Below are positions 28,312 through 36,292 of a stretch of 52,287 nt of DNA, in pieces. The stretch's first letter is position 1, and each line of letters opens with the position of its first letter. The translations under genes and the position numbers were made by a program. The notes below the pieces were generated by a model. That model was not told the origin of the DNA, did no database searches, and saw only the letters and a list, made by a program, of their open reading frames with translations. Source of the stretch: a virus (taxonomy: Duplodnaviria; Caudoviricetes); IMG/VR virus record IMGVR_UViG_3300035156_000067, positions 1 through 52,287 of that record; one strand, given 5' to 3'.

Positions 28312-29321
28312 GCGGCGAGCCTTTCGGCTGGGGCCGCGTCCATGTAGGCACCGATCAGGTTCGTGAACGCCTCGACGTCGATCGCGTCACCGAACCCTGA
28401 CAGGAGGCCCATATTTTTGGGATCCGCATCAGCGAGCGGGCTAAGTCCGGGTTCAACCGGGCGCCAGAGTCCATCACGGCCGAGGAGCCAGTCAGGGCCG
28501 CCGCCATATTCAGGGTCTGGTTCGGCCCGAATGGATCGCCACCCTGCCCCCGATGACCATCCGTCACAGTCGGAGTAGGCCAGACGGACAGAAGGGCCTG
28601 ATCGCCCAGATAGAGCGGCACCGTGCTCTGGTTGGCGTTGCGCTTCCGGAAGTCCGCGCACTTCGCCATAGTCTCGTCCGAGCGCGGGCGATCCGTCACG
28701 GCTGGGGTCGCCCAACCGGATGCCCGTGCCGCCATATCCAAGGTCACCTGAGCTTTCGACCCGTCCGGTTTTCGGCCAGTGACCGTCGTGCCATGGGGCA
28801 CGGTCTGACCACCACTCGGCGTTGTCGGCGTCGGCCACGAAGCCAAAGCGCTGGCGTCGGTGCGCGCCTCCGAAGCCCGCAGCCGGTATATCAGGCGTCC
28901 CGATGGCGTAACGCTCGCCCTCCAGGTCACCTGAAACAAGATCGAGCCACTCGATCGCGTTCGCAGATTGCTCACCAAAGATGCAGACAGGCCGGCGCTG
29001 GCGGATGAGCCGAAACCATTCCGGCCATAGGTGGCGCGGGTCGTCAAATCCGAGGCCGAGCCCGGCTTCCGAGAAGGGGCCGCAGGGGCAAGAGCCTGTC
29101 CAAACAGGTCGGTCATCTGGCCATCCGGCACGACGCAGGCAGAGGCTCCAGAGACCGATCCCGGCGAAGAAATGATGCTGGTCGAAACCGGAGAGGTCGT
29201 CGGGTTGGACTTCCTCGATCGAGCGCTCGTCAACGATGCCATGAGCGATCTCGCCCTCCTCTATGAGATTGCGAAGCCACGCGGCCTTCTTGCGGTCGAA
29301 CTCGTTGTAATAGGCGGCCAC
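28308..29321 (-). CDS. DNA (cytosine-5) methyltransferase, catalytic polypeptide
   Basis: FFAGIG (I), GSCPCGPFS (IV), GEQ (VI), HRRQR (VIII) and GFGDAI (X) motifs. Confidence 0.88.
   Translation of the reverse strand: MAAYYNEFDRKKAAWLRNLIEEGEIAHGIVDERSIEEVQPDDLSGFDQHHFFAGIGLWSLCLRRAGWPDDRPVWTGSCPCGPFSEAGLGLGFDDPRHLWPEWFRLIRQRRPVCIFGEQSANAIEWLDLVSGDLEGERYAIGTPDIPAAGFGGAHRRQRFGFVADADNAEWWSDRAPWHDGHWPKTGRVESSGDLGYGGTGIRLGDPSRDGSPALGRDYGEVRGLPEAQRQPEHGAALSGRSGPSVRLAYSDCDGWSSGAGWRSIRAEPDPEYGGGPDWLLGRDGLWRPVEPGLSPLADADPKNMGLLSGFGDAIDVEAFTNLIGAYMDAAPAERLAA
28355..29116 (-). CDS. Nested alternative-frame MTase subunit (WxTP repeats plus motif IX-like segment)
   Basis: Open frame of up to 295 codons wholly inside the MTase gene; three W[PA]TP modules; LNPDLARSLMRIP..W. 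Start is uncertain (ATG 29116 assumed). Confidence 0.7.
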   Translation of the reverse strand: MTDLFGQALAPAAPSRKPGSASDLTTRATYGRNGFGSSASAGLSASLVSNLRTRSSGSILFQVTWRASVTPSGRLIYRLRASEARTDASALASWPTPTTPSGGQTVPHGTTVTGRKPDGSKAQVTLDMAARASGWATPAVTDRPRSDETMAKCADFRKRNANQSTVPLYLGDQALLSVWPTPTVTDGHRGQGGDPFGPNQTLNMAAALTGSSAVMDSGARLNPDLARSLMRIPKIWASCQGSVTRSTSRRSRT

Positions 29322-29355
29322 GGTCAGCCCTCCCCTTGCGTAACGGAGGGGGTCT

Positions 29356-29535
29356 TCATCCTTCTGCTCCGGGATTTTGATGGTCTATTTCGCGTTGCGA
29401 AATCCCCACCGAGAGCGTGTCGGCGTTATCGCTTACTGGACGCATCACCTCGGGAAGCCGGTCTAGGCCGACGAGATGGATGCCGATGGCCACGGCCTGA
29501 AGCTCAGCGGCAAGGCGGGCGTTGGAGACGGTCAT
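29356..29535 (-). CDS. 59-aa hypothetical protein (not in the ORF track)
   Basis: ATGA-coupled to the upstream MTase. Confidence 0.5.
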   Translation of the reverse strand: MTVSNARLAAELQAVAIGIHLVGLDRLPEVMRPVSDNADTLSVGISQREIDHQNPGAEG

Positions 29536-30422
29536 GCGGCCACGCTGACGTTGGCGAACATGCCCTGCTCATCGCTGATGCGACGGCGAGCGATCTCGGC
29601 ATATTCGGGGTTCAGCTCGATCAGGACGGCACTGCGTCCGAGACGATCAGCGACAAGTCCGGTCGTGCCAGCGCCGCCAAATGGGTCAAGTATCGTGTCG
29701 CCCTCGCTACTCGAGCAGACGATGCAGCGCCTTGCTATTTCGGGCGTCATTGGCGCGGGATGCTCAGTCGCGCCCGATGGCGAGACCCTCCAAACACTTG
29801 AGCTAAACCAGTCCTCGCCCGGATTGCGGACGCGGCTTGGGCCATTAGGGGTCAGCAGAAAAATGTAAGAATGTGAGACGGACGGGCGGTCCTGCCGAGG
29901 CGGTTCGGTGGCCGTGCCTTTATCCCAGATGATCGTCTTGCGGAGATACCACCCATCGGCCCGGAGGCGGTCGGCGACCTGAAACGGAGTCAGCGAGAGG
30001 TCGCGAACCTTGTACCCCTTCGGCGGCGACCGCCATCCCGTGCGCTGTTGCAGGCTGGTCAGTTTATGGCGCTTGGCGGCCCTGCTCCCGCCGCCGCCGT
30101 TTCCGCCGGCGGCATAGGTATCGCCCAGCTCGATCCACAGCGATCCGTCTTGCGCAAGCGTCCGCCGTACCTCTCGCATGACTTCAACCAGAGAGTCGGC
30201 GAAGTCTGCCGGACACCCCTCCGTGCCAAGCTGTCCGTCCGCTTCGTAGTCACGTTGCCGCCAGAACGGTGGGCTGGTTACACAGGCCGTCACGCTTCCC
30301 GTGGCGACGTCAGCGAGCCGGTCCCGACAGTTGCCCGTGAGGAGTGACAGTGACGTCTGCTCGGTAGGTACTCGACGGTCTTCCGGCGAGTGAAACCCAA
30401 CCTTTCCATCAGGATATGTCAT
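29532..30422 (-). CDS. DNA amino-methyltransferase (N4-C/N6-A, beta class)
   Basis: TSPPF catalytic motif precedes HPA and LDPFGGAGTT SAM-binding motif. Confidence 0.9.
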   Translation of the reverse strand: MTYPDGKVGFHSPEDRRVPTEQTSLSLLTGNCRDRLADVATGSVTACVTSPPFWRQRDYEADGQLGTEGCPADFADSLVEVMREVRRTLAQDGSLWIELGDTYAAGGNGGGGSRAAKRHKLTSLQQRTGWRSPPKGYKVRDLSLTPFQVADRLRADGWYLRKTIIWDKGTATEPPRQDRPSVSHSYIFLLTPNGPSRVRNPGEDWFSSSVWRVSPSGATEHPAPMTPEIARRCIVCSSSEGDTILDPFGGAGTTGLVADRLGRSAVLIELNPEYAEIARRRISDEQGMFANVSVAA

Positions 30423-30787
30423 AGCGTGGGCTCCGAAGCTTTGGCGGCAGCTCGGAGAGCCTGAACGACTTCAGATTGGGTGCGCTTGGGGGCGTCGTTG
30501 AAGCCCATAGGGGAGCAGCCGTGCACGGCTATGAACGCGGCTTGCAGGTTAGCGCGTAGATCACCATGCTCCACATATCTGCGGCCCAGAACCTTCTCAA
30601 AGGCCCCGTCTGCGCACCAGCAGGCAGCCTTCGGTTCGTCGCCGAAGTCCACGATACGTCCCGCCGAGTCGCGGGCCCACGCATGCTGTATCCAAGCACC
30701 CGGCTTATCCAGCAGATCAGCAGCAGCGTTCAGAACACCCGCCACACCCTCGCCAGACCCTGAAGCCTCTAGGCTGGAGTTATCCAT
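30419..30787 (-). CDS. Hypothetical phage protein
   Basis: AADLL...W.Q...CWCA.GA...FND...RT..EV..ALR pattern; GGAG RBS. Confidence 0.7.
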   Translation of the reverse strand: MDNSSLEASGSGEGVAGVLNAAADLLDKPGAWIQHAWARDSAGRIVDFGDEPKAACWCADGAFEKVLGRRYVEHGDLRANLQAAFIAVHGCSPMGFNDAPKRTQSEVVQALRAAAKASEPTL

Positions 30788-31019
30788 TAGTTTTGCTCCG
30801 GGGCTGCTTCTTGGCTGCAGGGCTCGGACGGGCATGCACCCGGTCGACGACGAACTCCTGACCGCTCAACGGCGCGGTGTGTCCGCCCCGGAACAGGGCG
30901 GCAGCGACCAAGTCTCGGTTGGCGACGAGCTTTGACCAGACCTCCTCAACCTCGGCGGACGTCGGGAACGTCTCGCGACTGTGGATGCCGATGATCGTGA
31001 CGAGTTTGTAGTCGGCCAT
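30780..31019 (-). CDS. Hypothetical protein flanked by 16-bp direct repeats
   Basis: CCATTAGTTTTGCTCC at 30784 and 31016. Confidence 0.6.
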   Translation of the reverse strand: MADYKLVTIIGIHSRETFPTSAEVEEVWSKLVANRDLVAAALFRGGHTAPLSGQEFVVDRVHARPSPAAKKQPRSKTNG

Positions 31020-31570
31020 TAGTTTTGCTCCCCGAGGAGGCGCGAGGAGAGACCCAGCGCGGCGAACTTTCGAATGATCGGCATGGCGGGCGAACCGTCA
31101 CGGAAGGCGGCGACCAGCTCCGAGGCGAAGTCGGCGACGGCGTCACGAAGCCCAAGGCGATCCCAGAACTTGCGCTGACCGTTGTCGCAGGCGTTCGGCA
31201 GGCCAGTGTGATGCAGAGTGCATAGCGGGACGCAGCGGGCGTCATGGATCCGCTTGCCCCCTCCCCGTTCCCGCCACCCCTTGGCCGCGATGGCCAGGTT
31301 CTGGTGAGCGGCCTCAATGGTCGACTGCAGGCCGTGCGGGTTCGGCGCCGGGCCTTCGATGAGGCAGGCGATGCAGGCGACGTCCACGTGGAGCCATGAC
31401 ACATAGGCGGCGTCGAGCTGGCGCGGGTTGCGCTGGCCTTCGCCCTCAGGCTTGAAGGTGCGGCTCCGTATGCCCGGCGCAAACGCACGGCCCGATCGCG
31501 CAGCCTTCTTCTCCTGCCGAAGTCGGGTCAGGTCGTTCTGGATTTCCCAGAGGGGGCGGGTCTCGGTCAA
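31019..31570 (-). CDS. DUF968/HNH-like Zn-binding nuclease-fold protein
   Basis: CIAC, EAAH and D...VPLC..HH motifs. Confidence 0.65.
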   Translation of the reverse strand: MTETRPLWEIQNDLTRLRQEKKAARSGRAFAPGIRSRTFKPEGEGQRNPRQLDAAYVSWLHVDVACIACLIEGPAPNPHGLQSTIEAAHQNLAIAAKGWRERGGGKRIHDARCVPLCTLHHTGLPNACDNGQRKFWDRLGLRDAVADFASELVAAFRDGSPAMPIIRKFAALGLSSRLLGEQN

Positions 31571-32274
31571 TGCGCCCTCCGTCGGTCAATCTCGCGCTGG
31601 GCGTTCCATTTCAGGTCGGCTTCCATGGTCGGCTGGGCGATCATCCACGACAGGAACCCGGCCTCGACGTCGGCCCACGCCTTGCCGCGGAACTTGCCGA
31701 TCGGGCACGTCGGGAGCAGCCGGGGCTCACGGGTCCACGCGACCATCTGCTTGCCCGTCGCGCCGGTCAGGAGCAGCGCCTTGAGGATGTGGGCGGTGAC
31801 ATAGGCGTCCGGCCCGGCGCGGTGCGGCGGCATGGCCGTGTCGTGGTCTAGGGTCAGCAGACCCCGGTCCTCGAGCCAGTAGCGCAGGACGCCGTTGGAA
31901 TGGGCCGGAGCATCAGGCCAGACCCGGAGAGCGGCCTTCAGGGTGCAGATCGCGGGCATGATCCCTTCGACCTGCAGCCACTGCTCCTCGAAGGCGTAGT
32001 TGTGGGCGGCGAGGACGGCGCAGTGATCGCTGCTCTCAATGAGCTTGATCGCGTCGTAGGGCTCCGCGCCGCGCACCTCGGTCATGGTGATGTGGTGGAC
32101 AGCGCGGGTCTCCGGTGAGATCGCTTGGACCCCGCACAGATAGGTGACGGGCTCCTCGACGATCCAGCCGCCGTGCGGGTCCTGCCGGAGATCGCAGTAG
32201 CCGACCTCGACCACCTCTGCGGCCGGCGGCTCAAAGCCCGTCGTTTCGAAGTCGATGACGCGGATGACGGTCAT
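31567..32274 (-). CDS. DEDDh 3'-5' exonuclease (ExoX-like)
   Basis: DFETTG, AHN..F and HRA.PD motifs; C-terminal IGKFRG..W.D segment. Confidence 0.9.
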   Translation of the reverse strand: MTVIRVIDFETTGFEPPAAEVVEVGYCDLRQDPHGGWIVEEPVTYLCGVQAISPETRAVHHITMTEVRGAEPYDAIKLIESSDHCAVLAAHNYAFEEQWLQVEGIMPAICTLKAALRVWPDAPAHSNGVLRYWLEDRGLLTLDHDTAMPPHRAGPDAYVTAHILKALLLTGATGKQMVAWTREPRLLPTCPIGKFRGKAWADVEAGFLSWMIAQPTMEADLKWNAQREIDRRRAH

Positions 32275-32278
32275 GATC

Positions 32279-33163
32279 TCAGCCCGCCGCTTTGATGGCG
32301 GCCTCGAGCGCCTTCGCCTTGTCGAGGTCGGTCGCCATCAGGACCGCGAACGTCGCCTTGGTCTTCCGGTCGGACTCGAGGAACGCGATCTGCTCCGGCG
32401 TGAAGAACGGCAGGTCAGAGATCAGCTTGTCCGCCCATCCGATGACATCGACAGCCAGGCCCGACCCTTCCGAGGTCTCAGCGGGCCCAGCTGCCGCGTC
32501 TTCACCGGCGCTCGGGGGGCGGTCACCGGGGGAGGTCGTGTCGATCACTTCGCCCGTGTCGGGGTCATGGTCGGTTTCATCGAAAGCGGATTGGTCAGCC
32601 TTGGTAGCGGCGGCCTTCAACTCGGCGTCGAGCGTGGGCTTGGCGGCGACCTTCTCTTCGCGACCGAGGCCGGTCCACCACGCGGTCAGTTCGGCCGATC
32701 CTCGGGCTGCGGCGGCGCGGCCAGCGATCAGGATGGGGCGCAGGTCGATCGTCGAGGCCCCGCCCTTCACCGACGGCAGGGGCTTCACGGTGAACGGCGC
32801 CCGCTTCCCGCGAGTGACCATGAGCGCCATCGTGGCCTCACGATCGATGCCGGACATGTGGGAGATGCGGACGCCGCCGACCGCGTCGCTGCCGAAGCGG
32901 ACCTTGTCATCGCGATAGACGGTCATGCGCTGGCCGATGAAAGCCTTGCCGTCCTCGCCCCAGACCTTGGCCATGACGCGGCGCATCGACTTGCAGGGCT
33001 TGTAGGGCCGACCGTCCCCGCCTTCCCAATGGACTGCGACGGGTTGATCGGCGGCATCCAGAAGGCGCACATCGGTGATGGTGATGGTCATCGGCCCGCC
33101 GATTAGGTCGTCGGCGTTGAGCTGGTCGCTCTTGGCGATGATGGTGGGACGTAGATCGATCAT
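32279..33163 (-). CDS. Putative recombination/ssDNA-binding partner of the exonuclease
   Basis: KSDQLNADDL...KPCKSMRRV...GGVRISH domain; ATGA-coupled to YqaJ; DPDTGEV motif. Confidence 0.55.
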   Translation of the reverse strand: MIDLRPTIIAKSDQLNADDLIGGPMTITITDVRLLDAADQPVAVHWEGGDGRPYKPCKSMRRVMAKVWGEDGKAFIGQRMTVYRDDKVRFGSDAVGGVRISHMSGIDREATMALMVTRGKRAPFTVKPLPSVKGGASTIDLRPILIAGRAAAARGSAELTAWWTGLGREEKVAAKPTLDAELKAAATKADQSAFDETDHDPDTGEVIDTTSPGDRPPSAGEDAAAGPAETSEGSGLAVDVIGWADKLISDLPFFTPEQIAFLESDRKTKATFAVLMATDLDKAKALEAAIKAAG

Positions 33164-33855
33164 ATCGTGATCTCCTGTTCGTACCGGCGCTCGGTCGGGA
33201 TCAGGCGGACGCCCGATTTGCAGACGCGCTGGAACTCGGCGTGCATCTGGTTGATCTTGATTTCGGCGTCGGTCGCGATGGACACGATCGCCTCTTGGAT
33301 GGTCGGGTCGGGGTGGACGCGAACCGTCGCCATCGGCAGCCCGGCGCTGTAGCTGATGAAGTCCAGCCACTTCCGCTCGCTGACCAGAAGGCCGGTCTGG
33401 CACTGGATCAGGAACTCGGCAGGCACCTTGTCTTCGGCTACCGACTTGAGGATCGTCTCGACCTGGAACTTGTGCTTGCGGGACTTGCACTCGATCAGCC
33501 CGTCGTCGCCGACCAGTCCATCCGGCGAATAGCCGATGGTGAAGCCCCAGCGGTCGTTCGTGATGAAGCCGCAATCCTGAACCGGCTCGTAGTGCTCGGC
33601 ATAGGCAATGCGGGCGTCGATCTCGTCTTCGTGGCCGCGAAGCATATCGAAGCCGGTGTAGGTCTCCTCGACGTAGCCAGCGATGCGCTGCGACACGAGC
33701 GTGAAGAGGTGGGCGCGCTGGTTGTCGTTCGCGGCCGCCTTCATCGTGGCGGGCGTGACCAGCAAGCGCATCTCGCTCGCCGTGAGGACGCCCCGGCGGA
33801 TTTCGAGCCAGTCGCCGGAGCCCTGAGCGAGGTCGTGGTGATATTTGACGGCCAT
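33160..33855 (-). CDS. YqaJ/lambda-exonuclease family nuclease
   Basis: QGS..WL..R.G.LTAS, SPDGLV and IECK motifs. Confidence 0.92.
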   Translation of the reverse strand: MAVKYHHDLAQGSGDWLEIRRGVLTASEMRLLVTPATMKAAANDNQRAHLFTLVSQRIAGYVEETYTGFDMLRGHEDEIDARIAYAEHYEPVQDCGFITNDRWGFTIGYSPDGLVGDDGLIECKSRKHKFQVETILKSVAEDKVPAEFLIQCQTGLLVSERKWLDFISYSAGLPMATVRVHPDPTIQEAIVSIATDAEIKINQMHAEFQRVCKSGVRLIPTERRYEQEITI

Positions 33856-33859
33856 CGGC

Positions 33860-35038
33860 TCAGAACCTGATGCTGACGGCCGGCACGTCACCGGCGGCGA
33901 TGGCTAGGACGACGGATTTCGCGGCGGCTTCACCGATGCCGAGCGCCATGATCGCGGACTTGGCGGCGCCCATGATCTTGCCACGGTGCGCCACGTCAGC
34001 GGCGCGAGCCTCAGCGGCAGCCTGAACACGGGCGGCCTCGGCGGCGACGCTGCGGGCCTCAGCCTCACGGGCAGCGGCTTCCTTGGCGATGCGGGCCGTC
34101 TCAGCCGCGCGAGCCGCTTCCGCCTCGTCCGCCCGGCGCTTCTCAGCGGCAAGGGCCTCGGCGTGGACCCGTTCAGCAGCAACCCGATCCTCGTTCGCCT
34201 TGGCTTCGGCAGCCTGACGCGCGGCGTCCTCGGCAGCCTTGGCGGCGGCGGCGATACGATCCTCAGCGGCAGCAGCCTCGGCGGCGGCGCGAGCCTCGGC
34301 TTCGGCACGGTGGCGCTCAGCGGCCTCCGCAGCGGCCTTGGCTTCCGCTTCCGCCCGTTCCCGCTCGGCGCGTTCTGCAGCTTCGGCCCGCAGCCGGTCG
34401 AGTTCGGCTCGGTCAGCAGCTTCGCGTTGCAGCCGGGTCAGGGCCGTTTCGAGCGACTGGATGGCGTTGCCCCGCGCCGTGGCGGCGAGAGGGGCCCAAT
34501 CCTGGAACACGTCGGCGTCGAAGGTCAGGGCGCGGAGATAACCGAGACGGCTCTCGACATCAGCCACTGTTTCGTCAGCCGACACAATGCCGTCGTGCTG
34601 CAGCCGGTCCATCGCTTCCTTCACGGTAGCGAGGCGGGTTTCCTCGGCGGCTTCCCATGCCGTCAGCGGCTTGCGGACCTCGACGGCCAGATCTTCCAAC
34701 CGACCCTTGATCTCGCGCCGGGCCGCATCGACCTTGTTGACCGTGGCCTGAGCCTCTTCCTTCAGGAGCTTCCCGGCGGCGTCGATGGCGGTCTTGGTCT
34801 TGGTGACCTTGAACGCCATCGCCTTGATCGCCGCTCTGCCCTTCTCCGAGGTCGTGTCAGGGACCAGCTTGTCGGTCTCTTCCTTGATGGCCTCGTAGAA
34901 CTGGTCAAAACGCTGGCGATCCAGCAGCACGAGGCCGGGATCGGCGTTGACCGCGACGACGATGTCTGTGGTCCGGGGCGTGTTGTCGTTCGTCTCGTCA
35001 GCAGGAGCCGTGTCTAGGGCGCGAAGGGGCTGGGCCAT
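33860..35038 (-). CDS. Coiled-coil Ala/Glu/Arg-rich phage protein
   Basis: KGR.AI...A.KV.K.K and VR.PLT.WE motifs; low-complexity helix; GAGGAG RBS. Confidence 0.75.
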   Translation of the reverse strand: MAQPLRALDTAPADETNDNTPRTTDIVVAVNADPGLVLLDRQRFDQFYEAIKEETDKLVPDTTSEKGRAAIKAMAFKVTKTKTAIDAAGKLLKEEAQATVNKVDAARREIKGRLEDLAVEVRKPLTAWEAAEETRLATVKEAMDRLQHDGIVSADETVADVESRLGYLRALTFDADVFQDWAPLAATARGNAIQSLETALTRLQREAADRAELDRLRAEAAERAERERAEAEAKAAAEAAERHRAEAEARAAAEAAAAEDRIAAAAKAAEDAARQAAEAKANEDRVAAERVHAEALAAEKRRADEAEAARAAETARIAKEAAAREAEARSVAAEAARVQAAAEARAADVAHRGKIMGAAKSAIMALGIGEAAAKSVVLAIAAGDVPAVSIRF

Positions 35039-35047
35039 GATGGCTCC

Positions 35048-35305
35048 TCAGTTCAGGATTGCGGGAAGAATGACGGCCATCAGGGCGGCGAGCCCGAGCG
35101 CGAGGGCGATGGCGAACGGGACGAACGACGGGCGGAACCCGGCCTCGGGAATGTCGTCGTGGTCGTCGTCGGCCTCGATGTCGGCAGGGTCAGCGACGAA
35201 CTGAGCGAGCCATAGGGCGTCGCGGATTTGCCGGACCCGTTCCCATTCGGGGTTCGGGGCGTCGGCGGGCGTGGTCAGGCCCAAGGGGTGCAGGACGTCG
35301 GTCAT
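35048..35305 (-). CDS. Small protein with C-terminal TM helix
   Basis: Hydrophobic C-terminus; coupled overlap. Confidence 0.6.
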   Translation of the reverse strand: MTDVLHPLGLTTPADAPNPEWERVRQIRDALWLAQFVADPADIEADDDHDDIPEAGFRPSFVPFAIALALGLAALMAVILPAILN

Positions 35306-35463
35306 GCCTCGTCCCCGTCTTCGACAACCGCGCCCTCAGGCAGGGTGACATCGACGATCTCAATGCCTTCGGCCTCAAGCATCCCGATAACGATGGCCTC
35401 AATCTCGCTGATGGGCTTCATCGTGAGTTCGACCTTGAAGGTGACCGGGCTTTTGCGGGGCAT
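35302..35463 (-). CDS. Hypothetical protein
   Basis: ATG at 35463, TGATG-coupled. Confidence 0.5.
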   Translation of the reverse strand: MPRKSPVTFKVELTMKPISEIEAIVIGMLEAEGIEIVDVTLPEGAVVEDGDEA

Positions 35464-35771
35464 CAGGCAGCCCTCGCCAAGACGACGCCGCCGGTGATGG
35501 CTTCGATGTTGGCCCGGCACTCAGACGCCCAGCCGCGATGTTCGTTGGCGCTGAATGTCTCGCCGCTGGCCTCGTACTCGGCGAGCATCCGCTCGTGCCA
35601 AGCCAGCTGCGAGACCATCGTGTCGAGGTCCGTCGCTTCGGCTGCGCGCATGTTGGCGTGAGCGGCCTTGATGGTGGCGTCGAGGTCGTCAACCGGGCCG
35701 GAGTTGTCCAGCCAGATCAGGGCCTCGCGGGCCTTGGCGATGGCCGAACCGTTGTCATTCACGGCGCCCAT
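35463..35771 (-). CDS. Hypothetical protein
   Basis: Operon packing. Confidence 0.6.
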   Translation of the reverse strand: MGAVNDNGSAIAKAREALIWLDNSGPVDDLDATIKAAHANMRAAEATDLDTMVSQLAWHERMLAEYEASGETFSANEHRGWASECRANIEAITGGVVLARAA

Positions 35772-35772
35772 C

Positions 35773-36135
35773 TCAAGCAGCCTCAGCCAGAGCAGCAGGA
35801 GGCGTCGGGTCTTTGCCCTCGGCAGCCCGGATCGCGCGGATCAGGTGTGCGATGTGGATGATGTCGATGTCGACCAGATCGGAGTGGCGGGTCTCCAGCG
35901 CGTCGTCGACATAATGCCCAAGCGCTTCACGGGCCTGCAGGACAGTCTGTGACCGACCCGAGGTGACCGAGACGATCCTTCCGTCTCGCACAAAGTACCG
36001 GGGCTCGAAGCTTGTCATCCGGGCGAACAGGTCACCGATGATGGTCGGCAGGATCGCGCTGACCGGACGGAGGCCGTGATCATTGGCGCCGCGATGCGTG
36101 TCCGTGATGTCTTGGAAAATCGGGTGCAGGCCCAT
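35773..36135 (-). CDS. Hypothetical protein
   Basis: GGAGG RBS. Confidence 0.6.
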   Translation of the reverse strand: MGLHPIFQDITDTHRGANDHGLRPVSAILPTIIGDLFARMTSFEPRYFVRDGRIVSVTSGRSQTVLQAREALGHYVDDALETRHSDLVDIDIIHIAHLIRAIRAAEGKDPTPPAALAEAA

Positions 36136-36137
36136 GA

Positions 36138-36260
36138 TCAGAAGCCCTCCGACATAGCGGCAGCTTCTGCGGCGACGGTCTGGCGTTGCAGCTCAACGGC
36201 GGCGTCCAGCTCAGCGAGAGCGGCGGCGTAGGCTGCGGTCTTGGTGGTGGTGACAGGCAT
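36138..36260 (-). CDS. 40-aa first gene of the leftward early operon (not in the ORF track)
   Basis: GAGGAG RBS; MPVTTTKTAAYAAALAEL...SEGF. Confidence 0.6.
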   Translation of the reverse strand: MPVTTTKTAAYAAALAELDAAVELQRQTVAAEAAAMSEGF

Positions 36261-36292
36261 CTGTGTCTCCTCGGTTCAGGAGAACAGCAGTA

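Larger units (their letters stand above)
23335..30785. repeat. Dispersed family of about 14 hairpin repeats (GG-TTTC-A-stem-loop-TACC-YACCGAG) in inverted pairs at gene ends
   Basis: Plus-strand copies at 23335, 23536, 24668, 25698, 26612, 27192, 29382. Minus-strand copies with 5' ends at 24155, 25066, 27161, 27611 (partial), 27748, 30398, 30785. Aligned by eye. Confidence 0.75.

Noticed and set aside
23335-30785. Repeat family as a CRISPR array or classical IS/MITE
   Set aside because: Copies are divergent, occur in both orientations and are separated by whole genes. I found no cas or transposase gene and no target-site duplications at the unit ends I checked.
33164-33574. N-terminal extensions in the ORF track (also 45506-45814, 44757-44888, 10933-11142, 27779-27883)
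   Set aside because: They overlap upstream genes; ATGA/GTGA/TGATG-coupled internal starts fit better.
33960-34440. GCC/GAG-rich tract as a DNA tandem repeat
   Set aside because: It reflects Ala/Glu/Arg coiled-coil coding, with no discrete repeat unit.
36273-36285. GTTC-AGGA-GAAC near pL as an SOS box
   Set aside because: It is an inverted arrangement with a 4-nt spacer and does not match the alphaproteobacterial direct-repeat N7 box.
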